A stretch of DNA of 32,000 nt from positions 122,709 to 154,708 of the forward strand of contig JANXDI010000017.1 of NCBI GenBank assembly GCA_025059595.1. The letters are read 5' to 3'. This DNA is from Candidatus Calditenuaceae archaeon (GTDB taxonomy: Archaea; Thermoproteota; Nitrososphaeria_A; Caldarchaeales; Calditenuaceae). The translations under genes were made by a program, and so were the position numbers. The notes below the pieces were generated by a model. The model was not told where the DNA came from. It searched no databases and saw nothing but the letters and a program-made list of their open reading frames with translations. Positions 11,572-19,883 of this stretch are shown here, piece after piece; positions within the stretch are counted from its first letter, which is position 1, and the number at the start of each line of letters is the position of its first letter.

Positions 11572-12645
11572 TTGACAGAGATTGCTAAACTGGTTAAGCG
11601 TTTAGGTCTGAAGACCAATATCTCAGGATTAAGGAAAGTGGTCTACCATACATCTTCGTTAACCGGGCTGAAAAAGAATCAACCTGATTTGATTAGTAAG
11701 ACTGAAGAGAATGAGGACGGCGGAGACAAAACATCTTCTGAGCCATCGCTCCATCTTAATGTTAAAAATAGGCGGCAGGTCCTTAAGCTTATGCAGATTC
11801 TCGGGCTTGGTGCCGTTGCTGCTTCTCTCTTTCCGCTTTTAAGGGTTCTCAACACAGGCCAGTCGTTGGGGGAGGTCAGGGTAACTTGGGGACACAGCAT
11901 TCTAGGTGAAGGGGGAGAGTATAATCCCCCGACTAGGAGGTTCACTCAGGTTTTGGACGAAGAAGCAAGCAACGCCTTGATGGGCGAGGGAGAGCACGTC
12001 TTTACGATCGAGCTCGATGACGGAAACTTTTACTCTGTCTTCGTCGCGAGGGAAAGTGAACCATTTCCAGAACACGTCTTCGTGATGTGGCGGAAGATAG
12101 ACGGTAGAGTTAAGATCCTGAGGCGAGGGCCGGTAAGGCTTAGACTGATTGAGGAAAGAAGTGAAGAGAGGATATTAGAGGATTATGGTGAAACGCGCTT
12201 TAGGTTGAGCTACGGCAGACGCGTGGCGTTGATGGAAGATGTTCCCGGCGCAGGCCCTCTCTCAAGTAGGGTCTTAGTATCTAATTGGACTAGGACAGAG
12301 TGGTTTTGCGGAAGCATCATGCTTGCTTATGTTTTAGCTAGTGGCGACTTTTATGTAGATAGAGGACGCGCAATCCTCTCGGTCAGAAACAAATCTAGTT
12401 CGTGGACAAACACGTCTACTGTACGTTGTACATTCAACACTTGGGTAGACGGTGTTGGAACCCCCTACGCCCAAGTAAACGCCGACGGACGATTTTATAC
12501 ATGGGCGCCTCCTTGTGCCGCATGTCCGGTTTATCCACAAGGTAACGCGGCGCTTCACGCGCGTGCCGGCGTAGACGTAAATCTACAGTATTTCAATGAT
12601 GGATTCGGCAATAGATGGCTATCCTTATGCACTGCCTGCAATTGA
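11572..12645 (+). CDS. Orphan protein with twin-arginine-like signal or anchor and a Cys-containing C-terminal domain; function unknown
   Basis: The 357-aa ORF contains NRRQVLKLMQILGLGAVAASLF, which resembles the Tat consensus (RR-x-[FV]-L-K plus a hydrophobic stretch), about 65 aa after the called TTG start. An internal TTG at the DLISK position is an alternative start. Seven Cys are present, including APPCAACP and LCTACN at the C-terminus. I recognise no family. Confidence 0.55.
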   Translation: MTEIAKLVKRLGLKTNISGLRKVVYHTSSLTGLKKNQPDLISKTEENEDGGDKTSSEPSLHLNVKNRRQVLKLMQILGLGAVAASLFPLLRVLNTGQSLGEVRVTWGHSILGEGGEYNPPTRRFTQVLDEEASNALMGEGEHVFTIELDDGNFYSVFVARESEPFPEHVFVMWRKIDGRVKILRRGPVRLRLIEERSEERILEDYGETRFRLSYGRRVALMEDVPGAGPLSSRVLVSNWTRTEWFCGSIMLAYVLASGDFYVDRGRAILSVRNKSSSWTNTSTVRCTFNTWVDGVGTPYAQVNADGRFYTWAPPCAACPVYPQGNAALHARAGVDVNLQYFNDGFGNRWLSLCTACN

Positions 12646-13206
12646 GAATTCCGACCCCTCCAACAAGCCTGACCAACGGAGCAATCACAGACTCCTATTT
12701 CTAAGGAGCGGCCTGTCTTCCGAATCTATCTTGCTCGATCGAGAAGTATCCCATTCAGATGCTTGAGATAAGGCACACTGGTATGCACTTGGCCTGCCTA
12801 ATTTGGCTAGCTCTCCAACAATGATGCATCGACTCCCATGCGAGCATAAACAACCGTAGGAAAGCGTTCTCTAGTAACATGAGCCACGAGATACTGCTTT
12901 AAGCAATAATGTTGTTTAACTATTCGGCTATTCTGAGTTTTCGTTGCTACCTGGTTATCGTGTATCCGATTCTTAGGTAGAATCTCGATGCTCTAGCCAC
13001 TCTATTTATATGTTATGCAGTTCAACCCCTTTTACTGTTTGAGAGTACGCAAATTTCTCTACGCCTGAACGATGGATGTGGGCTACTCGCCTAGGAACAA
13101 TTGATGAAAAGTCTGAAAGCCGAGGCCTCCACAATCTTTCTTCATCGCATCCCAGTTACACCTCACCAAGTTTACATTAACGTAAGCATCTTAGGAGAGT
13201 CCGTAT

Positions 13207-13311
13207 TGGACCGGCGGGGATTCGAACCCCGGGCCTCCCGCACCCTGTGCAGTTATCGTCGTCCCGATTCCTGCACGCCAAGCGGGCGATCTACCACTGA
13301 TCTACCGGCCC
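13207..13311 (-). tRNA. tRNA-Ala (anticodon GGC) with a 33-nt intron at the canonical 37/38 position
   Basis: The minus strand folds as GGGCCGG-TA-GATC-AGTGGTA-GATC-G-CCCGC-TTGGCG[33-nt intron]T-GCGGG-AGGCC-CGGGG-TTCGAAT-CCCCG-CCGGTCC-A. It has the G3:U70 alanine identity pair. The intron (about 13243-13275) carries an internal 6-bp hairpin, GTGCAG/CTGCAC. CCA is not encoded. Confidence 0.85.
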
Positions 13312-13452
13312 ACTTGGTATTTTTGAAGGGGTGAATATAAGTCTCACACAGTCATGAGTTTACGGCGGCTCGTATGGTGTATCTTTCGATTGCGTAGCTT
13401 GCGCGGCGCGGCTCTCGATATATATTGTGCGTCATAATCGAAGAGGAGAGTT

Positions 13453-15129
13453 ATGGCGGGAAGGGAGGAGAACCTTTCGAGGGAGAAAATTGCTTACTTT
13501 TCGATGGAGATGGCTCTGTCCGATGATATGCACACTTTTAGCGGGGGCTTAGGCGTCCTCGCAGCTGACGCTGTTCGGTCGAGCGCGGACCTGAACATAC
13601 CGCTGGTCGCGGTCACTCTTGTCAGCAAAATGGGATACTTCCGGCAGGAGCTAACCGAAGATGGGGTGCAGATAGAGCGGCCGGACGAGTGGGACCCTTC
13701 GCGGTTCATGCAGAGACTGAATGACGAGGTGACAGTCCAGATAGAGGGGAGAGATGTGCGCGTGAGGGCTTGGGTCTATGTTGTCGAGAGCCCCATGGGC
13801 GGAACGGTGCCAGTTTACTTCCTCGACACCGATGTAGATGGTAATGCTCCCGGGGATAAAGAGATTACCTCGTACCTCTACGGTGGTGATGAGGCATACC
13901 GCATCAAGCAGGAGATTGTTTTAGGGATTGGTGGTGTCCGGATGCTGGAGAAACTTGGTGTTAATATCCGCAAATATCATATGAATGAGGGGCACTCCGC
14001 CTTTCTCGCCGTCGAGCTTCTACGCAGACACGAGTTAGATGTTGACAGCGTTAGAAGGATGTGCGTCTTCACAACCCATACACCTTTAGAGTCCGCCCAA
14101 GACAAATTCAACTACAATCTAGTCCGCGAAATTTTAGGTGAGCTAATCCCATTCGAGCTCCTTCAGCGGCTCGGAGGTCGTGACTCGTTGAACATGACTC
14201 TGCTGGCCCTGAATCTAAGCCACTATGTCAACGGAGTAGGGAAAAAGCATAAACTAGTATCTAAGGAGAAGTTTCCTTCGTACGAGTTTCACGCAATAAC
14301 CAACGGTATCCACTCGTACACGTGGACCTGTGAAAGCTTCAGGAGGCTTTACGACAAGTATATTCCGGGCTGGGTGCAAGAGCCGGAACTTCTCATGAGG
14401 GTAGACATCATCCCGGATAACGAGGTATGGCAGGCTCACCAAGAGGCGAAAGAGGGGCTGATTGACTATGTCAACTCCCTAGCGGGCGCTGGCTTAGATT
14501 ATGAGAGTTTAACGATTGGATTTGCGAGAAGGGCCACAGAGTATAAGCGACACACTATGCTATTTTCAGATTTGGAGAGACTCAAGAAGGCCGCAAGAAG
14601 GGGGAATATTCAGCTGATTTTCGCGGGGAAAGCCCATCCGAAGGATTACGGCGGGAAAATGCTAATCAAACAAATATTCGATGCTAAGAGAATTTTGAAG
14701 GATTACGTCAAAGTGGTCTACCTCGAGAATTACGGCTTGAATATGGCAGCCAAACTGGTTTCGGGGGTTGATGTCTGGCTAAACACACCTTCCCCTCCGA
14801 ATGAAGCGTCTGGTACTAGTGGAATGAAGGCGGCACATAATGGGGTGATAAACTTTAGCGTCTTGGACGGCTGGTGGATAGAGGGGTGGATTGAGGGCGT
14901 AACTGGCTGGGCGATAGGGCCCGAGCCTGACGCGAATTTATCGCCAGAGGAGCGTCTGGCCAGAGAGCTAGACGACCTCTACGGGAAACTGGAATACGTC
15001 GTTATTCCACTCTATTACAAAAATAGGGTCGAGTGGATAACCATGATGAAGAACTCGATAGGGAAGCTTGCGAGCTACTTCAATAGTCATCGGATGATGT
15101 TCAGATACCTCACCCAGGCTTACTTGTAG
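13453..15129 (+). CDS. glgP: Alpha-glucan (glycogen/maltodextrin) phosphorylase, short GT35 form
   Basis: The 558-aa ORF has FSMEMAL......FSGGLGVLA, NEGHSAF, FTTHTP, ITNGIH and the PLP-lysine motif EASGTSGMKAAHNG. Confidence 0.88.
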   Translation: MAGREENLSREKIAYFSMEMALSDDMHTFSGGLGVLAADAVRSSADLNIPLVAVTLVSKMGYFRQELTEDGVQIERPDEWDPSRFMQRLNDEVTVQIEGRDVRVRAWVYVVESPMGGTVPVYFLDTDVDGNAPGDKEITSYLYGGDEAYRIKQEIVLGIGGVRMLEKLGVNIRKYHMNEGHSAFLAVELLRRHELDVDSVRRMCVFTTHTPLESAQDKFNYNLVREILGELIPFELLQRLGGRDSLNMTLLALNLSHYVNGVGKKHKLVSKEKFPSYEFHAITNGIHSYTWTCESFRRLYDKYIPGWVQEPELLMRVDIIPDNEVWQAHQEAKEGLIDYVNSLAGAGLDYESLTIGFARRATEYKRHTMLFSDLERLKKAARRGNIQLIFAGKAHPKDYGGKMLIKQIFDAKRILKDYVKVVYLENYGLNMAAKLVSGVDVWLNTPSPPNEASGTSGMKAAHNGVINFSVLDGWWIEGWIEGVTGWAIGPEPDANLSPEERLARELDDLYGKLEYVVIPLYYKNRVEWITMMKNSIGKLASYFNSHRMMFRYLTQAYL

Positions 15130-15177
15130 TTGTATAGATGGTTTTCTTTTCTGTGGGTGGTGAGGACGTGTCGTCTT

Positions 15178-16002
15178 TCAGACACGAGTTAGGTGCGTGT
15201 GTAAATTGGCGGCTCTTGTCTCGCACTCGGCTAGGTCGCTATTCAGGGTCCAGACCCAGTAGAGTAGGAAAAAGCCTAATGTAACAAGTGTCAGTACTAT
15301 GTACAGTAAGGTTCTTCTTCCCCCGAGCCTCCTTCCCATGACCATTGCTTGAAGAGGTGAAATACGCGAGAGAGCATCGGCGCTCGAGTTTATGGCTCGG
15401 TCTATGTGGCCTATGTGCCTGTTCACCATGTGGAGAGTGTAGATTAACAGGATGATGTAGGCTAGGGCCGCTACGGCTACTATGAGGCTTATTGCCGCTA
15501 GGAAGATTAGGATTTCTATCGCCGCAAGGGGGTCTGCCGCAACCTCCTGAGAGAGTGGTGTGATGTAGACGGAGGCTCCTGTGATTAGAAGGAGGAGCAC
15601 GCCGATGGCGGTTGGAAGGGGCCATGGGTTAGATATTCTCACCGAACTGCTGAGCTCCTCAGCCACCCTCCTAATCTCTCCCGCGATAATGGCTTTTGTA
15701 ACGTCGCCTGACGATTGAAGCTCGCCCGACCGGCCGCGCAGACTCTCGACGAGCCTCGCCGCGGCTGCTCTGAGGTCCACCCTCATTACCCCGGTGAAAT
15801 AGGCGAGCATAAGCCCCCAGGTCAGACCTAAGACTGTAGAAATCAGGGTCACCTCCGGGGGTAGGAGTGCGGGAGCCTCTCCAGTCTCGAGCGCTTGGGC
15901 TAAACCTGCGGAGAACCCGGCAAAGAAGGCTATTATCGATGCCAGAAGGTTTGCTAGGCCTATCGCCAGCCACGCCAGCATTAAGGGCCTTGGAACTGCC
16001 AC
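15178..16002 (-). CDS. Polytopic membrane protein, function unknown
   Basis: The 274-aa ORF has several hydrophobic helices flanking a charged central segment. It overlaps the 3' end of sppA by 22 nt, so it is probably co-transcribed. Confidence 0.5.
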   Translation of the reverse strand: MAVPRPLMLAWLAIGLANLLASIIAFFAGFSAGLAQALETGEAPALLPPEVTLISTVLGLTWGLMLAYFTGVMRVDLRAAAARLVESLRGRSGELQSSGDVTKAIIAGEIRRVAEELSSSVRISNPWPLPTAIGVLLLLITGASVYITPLSQEVAADPLAAIEILIFLAAISLIVAVAALAYIILLIYTLHMVNRHIGHIDRAINSSADALSRISPLQAMVMGRRLGGRRTLLYIVLTLVTLGFFLLYWVWTLNSDLAECETRAANLHTHLTRV

Positions 16003-16922
16003 ACTCTCACCTCCGTGGAAAGTAAGTACTGGGCTATGTGGGAAGGCTCAATATATAGGACATGCATCCCACTCGGGGATAGGGGGGTCTCGCCTGCGGA
16101 TATCGATATCGGCAACTGGAAGAGTGAAGGAGTCGTAACCCTCAACTCCCTCACCGGGGCGTCGCTTGGGAGGCCCGACAGCTCCCTAGCCTTCGCTACA
16201 GCGTCCTCAAATGTCCCAACCTCGTCAACCAACCCAGCCTCGAAGGCCTCATCTCCGAGGAAGAGTTTCGCGTTGAAAATCTCCCTCTCATACGCCGGGT
16301 TTAGCTTATTGCCCCTGACCTCTTTCACGAGTCTAGCGAACTGCTCAAAATACTTGTCTATTAAATCCCGCATGAACTCTATGTCCGCATCCCTAATTTC
16401 CCTGAAGTTGTTCCCCACGTCCTTGTACTCTCCGCTCTTGACGGTCACAATATCTATTCCCAGCTTGTCCAAGAGCTCCTTTACGCTGATGAGAGTCCCC
16501 ACGGCGCCGACCGAGCCAGTCATCGTCCCGGGGTTAGCGACTATGTGGTCGGCTCCTAGCGAAATATAGTAGCCGCCCGAGGCCGCGACGCCCTCCATGT
16601 AAACGACCACAGGCACTTTGGTCTCACGCCTGAAGTTCACGAAGCGCTTATAAATTTCGTGGCTTGCAGCCACCTCTCCTCCAGGGCTGTTGACGGATAG
16701 CACAAGGGCCCTGCATCCCTCAGACTTAGCTCTATGAAGAACCTTCCCCACCAGCTCCGGCGTTATGAAGTTTGACCCCGTGAGGATTGAAGGCTCTGCC
16801 GTAGAGGTTATCGCGCCCGTGAACGAGTATGTGCAGACCGCTGGAGCCACGGTGAATAGAGCCACCCCCCGCCCACTGAAGTAGAGGCCATATGCGACGC
16901 CAAACAAGACACTCACAGCCAA
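15981..16922 (-). CDS. sppA: Signal peptide peptidase SppA (peptidase S49, 36K type)
   Basis: The ORF has an N-terminal TM segment, VNSPGGEVAAS, AASGGYYIS and GSVGA. Confidence 0.8.
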   Translation of the reverse strand: MAVSVLFGVAYGLYFSGRGVALFTVAPAVCTYSFTGAITSTAEPSILTGSNFITPELVGKVLHRAKSEGCRALVLSVNSPGGEVAASHEIYKRFVNFRRETKVPVVVYMEGVAASGGYYISLGADHIVANPGTMTGSVGAVGTLISVKELLDKLGIDIVTVKSGEYKDVGNNFREIRDADIEFMRDLIDKYFEQFARLVKEVRGNKLNPAYEREIFNAKLFLGDEAFEAGLVDEVGTFEDAVAKARELSGLPSDAPVRELRVTTPSLFQLPISISAGETPLSPSGMHVLYIEPSHIAQYLLSTEVRVWQFQGP

Positions 16923-17011
16923 TATAATAGCCAGAGGCAGTGTGCCGCCTTAAACTACGTTGAGAGCTCATATCTAATCGTCATAATCGAGACATATCAA
17001 TCTTTAGTAGC

Positions 17012-17899
17012 CTATTCCCCTAAAGTCAGGCCTCTTCTCACAGCCGTGGAGATTTCTCGCGCAGCTCTGAAAAGTATCGCGGCGTCCACGGAATACGCTA
17101 TGTACTGTATTCCTTTGCGGGCCCATTCTATCGCAGATTGTGGCGTCTCCACGAATGTGCCGGCCGCAACGCCTTTCAATCTTGCCCTTCGGACCGCAGA
17201 TTCCATTAGGTCTACTACCTCCTGCTTGGATACTTGGCCGGGTATTCCGAGCGACTGTGAGAGGTCATAAGGACCTAAGAAAATTACATCGACTCCGCCT
17301 ACATCGAGTATCTCGGGGAGCCTTGCCACGCCGTCCGCGCTCTCGATTTGAATTATGACTGCGACATCCCTGTTTGAGGTTTGGATGTGTGTATGTGGGT
17401 CTCGCGCGCCGTATCTGCCAGCCTTTGTGTAGGGAGAGAAGCCCCTCGAGCCCTCGGGATAATAGTGCGACGCCTCAATCACCTTTCTCGCAGTTTCAGG
17501 GTCGTCCACGTGAGGAACCTGTATTCCCCTAGCGCCGCATTCCAGCGCCCTCAGAATGTAGGTCTCCTCGCTGGATGGTGTCCTGATTATTGGCGTGATG
17601 CCGACGACCTCCGCCGCCCTAACCATCCCCTCGACATCGTAGAAACTGAATGGGCCGTGCTCCATATCTATAATGATGAAGTCCAACCCAGCCTCTCCCA
17701 GAGCCTCAACCACGTCTCCAGAGTTGAAATAGACAAAAGTCCCGAGAACAGTCTCCCCCCTACTCAACCTCTCCAGAAAACTTAAACCACTAGACAACCC
17801 CTCATCACGATGTAAATACGAGCGGAGCAACAAAATAACCCCATCCACCCCCTCAGATACCGGAGAGATACCGCAGAGGCACGAAACTAAATAACTCAA
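17012..17899 (-). CDS. HpcH/HpaI-family 2-keto-3-deoxy-acid aldolase
   Basis: Motifs are GTFV...SGDVVEALGEAGLDFIIIDMEHGP, IIRTPS, GARGIQVPHVD and QIES. The first about 35 codons are probably not translated, so an internal start is likely. Confidence 0.8.
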   Translation of the reverse strand: MSYLVSCLCGISPVSEGVDGVILLLRSYLHRDEGLSSGLSFLERLSRGETVLGTFVYFNSGDVVEALGEAGLDFIIIDMEHGPFSFYDVEGMVRAAEVVGITPIIRTPSSEETYILRALECGARGIQVPHVDDPETARKVIEASHYYPEGSRGFSPYTKAGRYGARDPHTHIQTSNRDVAVIIQIESADGVARLPEILDVGGVDVIFLGPYDLSQSLGIPGQVSKQEVVDLMESAVRRARLKGVAAGTFVETPQSAIEWARKGIQYIAYSVDAAILFRAAREISTAVRRGLTLGE

Positions 17900-17917
17900 C
17901 GGCTAAATAAGAGGGTT

Positions 17918-17992
17918 GGGCCCGTGGCCTAGTTTGGATAGGGCGCCGGCCTTCGGAGCCGGAGGTCGCGGGTTCGAATCCCGCCGGGCCCG
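17918..17992 (+). tRNA. tRNA-Arg (anticodon TCG)
   Basis: The cloverleaf is GGGCCCG-TG-GCCT-AGTTTGGATA-GGGC-G-CCGGC-CTTCGGA-GCCGG-AGGTC-GCGGG-TTCGAAT-CCCGC-CGGGCCC-G, 75 nt in all. An A+T-rich TATA-like AAACTAAATAA lies about 27 nt upstream. Confidence 0.9.
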
Positions 17993-18079
17993 CTATATCG
18001 CAGCTTTAAGCAAGATATCCCCCCCATTCGAGGTCGAGGAAGAGTGTGTAAGGCTGTGGGCAGAAGACCTCAGCCCTAA

Positions 18080-19039
18080 GACATCCATCAACTACGTCTA
18101 TTATCGAGGTATCTCGACTGGGCTAGGAGAAGGGGCTACTGGAGCTCGGCGAAGGAGATGCTGGAGGAGTACAGGTCACTGAGCGGGGAGGAGAGGTTCA
18201 AGCACGTGGACATACTGAAGAGGTTCATAGCGTCACTTACGACCAGTGCGGCCGATCGGAAGAATAACTGGTTCGCCGTCAGGAGCTTCTACGAGTACCA
18301 CAGACTCGCTTTGCCCAAGCTTCCCAGAGGCGAGATGACCAGGCTCTTCAGACCTTCAGAGGAGGATAAGGCGAGGGCTGTTGAGCTCGGTCTGCACAGG
18401 GTTGAGGATGTCAGACGTTTGGTGTCCAATTCTTCCCAGCCCTATAAAGCCGCCATCATGACAATGTTTCAGTCAGCCATGGGCCCCTCCGCGTTGGACC
18501 AGTTCAATCTTAGGGCTTGGAAGAGGCTCGTTAATGACCTCGATAAGCCGGGCCCCCTGAGAATTGACCTCGTCAGGGAGAAGACAAGCCGGGCCGATGT
18601 TAAGCGCTACTACACCTTTGTGGGTGAGGACGCCGAGGCCCTCATAAGGGATTGGCTCTCAATTAGGCCGAGGATTGAGATGGACGCCCTCTTCATCGTG
18701 TACAACAAGACTAAAAAGACTTGGGTTCCGCTTACCGGGCTACGCCTCTCCGAGACTATAACAAAAATAGCAAAGAAGATAGGATTGGTGAAGCCTAACG
18801 GTCTGAGAAGATACCACATACACGCGCATGGGTTTAGGGACCTATTCAAGTGCCTATGCACGCTGAGCGGAGTCAACCAAGTCGCATCGGAGTTCTTCCT
18901 GGGTCATGTTATAGATAAGCTCTGATACGACAAATCTCCGCAATACGGTGAGGAGTGGTTTAGGCGCGAATACGTGAAGGTGGAGCCGAGGCTCAACATA
19001 ATCTCCAACGCATCAGGCACAGACAGGCGAGACAATTAA
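18080..19039 (+). pseudogene. Tyrosine recombinase (phage/SSV-like integrase) with an in-frame TGA and a probable 5' frameshift
   Basis: The ORF has a box-I-like LRIDLVREKTSR, HxxR in HIHAHGFRD, and the LGH box FFLGHVIDKL, followed by TGA at 18923-18925. The same frame then continues YDKSPQYGEEWFRREYVKVEPRLNIISN... to TAA at 19037-19039. A second frame that is open through the tRNA (17916-18182) encodes ...LSPKTSINYVYY. This joins naturally to RYLDWARRRGYW in the main frame if 1 nt is removed near 18095-18110. Confidence 0.7.
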
Positions 19040-19180
19040 GCTTAACTCTTGAACACCTCGATTAAATTATTAAATCTGTTCTGAATTGGCGCGTAGATGC
19101 TCGATGAAGGGTCAAAGGACAGACCATGTCTGGTTGGAGAGAGGAGCAGGACCTGAATATGTCATCTGCTGCCTAATTTG

Positions 19181-19612
19181 TTACCATCGTAATCTAATTT
19201 TAGAAGGCTCGACGACTTTGACGTACGGTTCTGATTTATTCATCTCAACATCGTAAGTTACTATCGCGTTTGCATTAGTCGTTAGGGCAGTGGCGACTAT
19301 TATTGCGTCGGGAAGTCTGAGGCCGAGCTCGGCTCTCAGCCTCCCAGCCTCGCAGGCGGTTTTGTGGTCAAGGGACGCTATTTCGTAGCTAGGCGACGTG
19401 ATGAACCCCGTGAGCAGTTCATCAGCTCCTACAGGGTCTCCCATTTGATAATAACCCGCGCAGAGCTCGGCTATGACTATTGTGGGAACGACGCATCGGA
19501 GCCTTCCTTCGTCTATGTGCTCTATCAACGTGATGGCTTCTGAATAACGATTATCTTCTCTGTTCTTAGCTGCGACATACACGTTGGTGTCGAGTAATAT
19601 TTTCATAACCAT
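19181..19612 (-). CDS. vapC: PIN-domain toxin VapC
   Basis: The 143-aa ORF has the conserved acidic residues in context: ILLDTNV, AELCAG, PDAIIVATA and VTYD. It overlaps the upstream antitoxin gene by 10 nt. Confidence 0.85.
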   Translation of the reverse strand: MVMKILLDTNVYVAAKNREDNRYSEAITLIEHIDEGRLRCVVPTIVIAELCAGYYQMGDPVGADELLTGFITSPSYEIASLDHKTACEAGRLRAELGLRLPDAIIVATALTTNANAIVTYDVEMNKSEPYVKVVEPSKIRLRW

Positions 19613-19836
19613 TCACTGCGTAGTTTTCGCTGAAACTCCAGAGGGTCAACAGTCCATGGTTTCTGCCGCCGCAGCACCTTCGACACCTTGACGGCGCCGC
19701 CCTTGACTATGAGCACTTTACCCCCCTCAATTATAAACAGCACTCGGTCGCCAGGTCTGAGGCCTAAAAACTCCCTTATCTCTTTGGGAATCGTTACCTG
19801 CCCTTTCCTGCTAACAGGAGACATGCCGGAAACCAT
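19603..19836 (-). CDS. vapB: AbrB/SpoVT-fold antitoxin VapB
   Basis: The motif is RKGQVTIPKEIREFLGLRPGDRVLFIIEGGKVLI. The track ORF starts at GTG 19884, but ATG at 19836 or 19824 gives the usual short N-terminus. Confidence 0.8.
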   Translation of the reverse strand: MVSGMSPVSRKGQVTIPKEIREFLGLRPGDRVLFIIEGGKVLIVKGGAVKVSKVLRRQKPWTVDPLEFQRKLRSEWL

Positions 19837-19883
19837 TCCAACCAAAGGTAAAGAATTCTTTGATATAAGCCTTACTTCATTCA

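Larger units (their letters stand above)
11267..13206. mobile_element. Decayed integrated element or genomic islet in the 3' half of tRNA-Ala (no integrase retained)
   Basis: The stretch is visibly A+T-richer than both flanks. It is bounded by intact tRNA-Ala (3' end at 13207) and a same-orientation partial tRNA 3' copy (11232-11266). It holds one orphan ORF and about 560 bp with no ORF of 60 aa or more. Confidence 0.45.

Noticed and set aside
11412-11618. A 68-aa minus-strand ORF overlapping the 5' end of the island ORF.
   Set aside because: It has no recognisable motif, promoter or SD, and it overlaps the better-supported plus-strand ORF. It is kept only as a caveat on that ORF's start.
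12700-12890. A possible minus-strand integrase C-terminal remnant (..AHVTRERFPTVVYARMGVDASLLES.. then ..LGRPSAYQ.. in another frame, reminiscent of HxxR and LGH boxes).
   Set aside because: The resemblance rests on a few residues across a hypothetical frameshift. I cannot distinguish it from noise without a frameshift-aware database search.
13102-13116. A C/D-box sRNA-like TGATGA followed by CTGA.
   Set aside because: - Only 5 nt separate the boxes, whereas a guide of about 12 nt is expected.
- There is no C'/D' pair and no terminal stem, so a chance occurrence in A+T-rich DNA is likely.
18923-18925. The in-frame TGA of the integrase read as selenocysteine or programmed readthrough.
   Set aside because: - No SECIS-like structure is evident.
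- Integrases are not selenoproteins.
- The gene also has a 5' frameshift, and a Gly (GGA) fits the family at this position. A nonsense mutation is the simpler reading.
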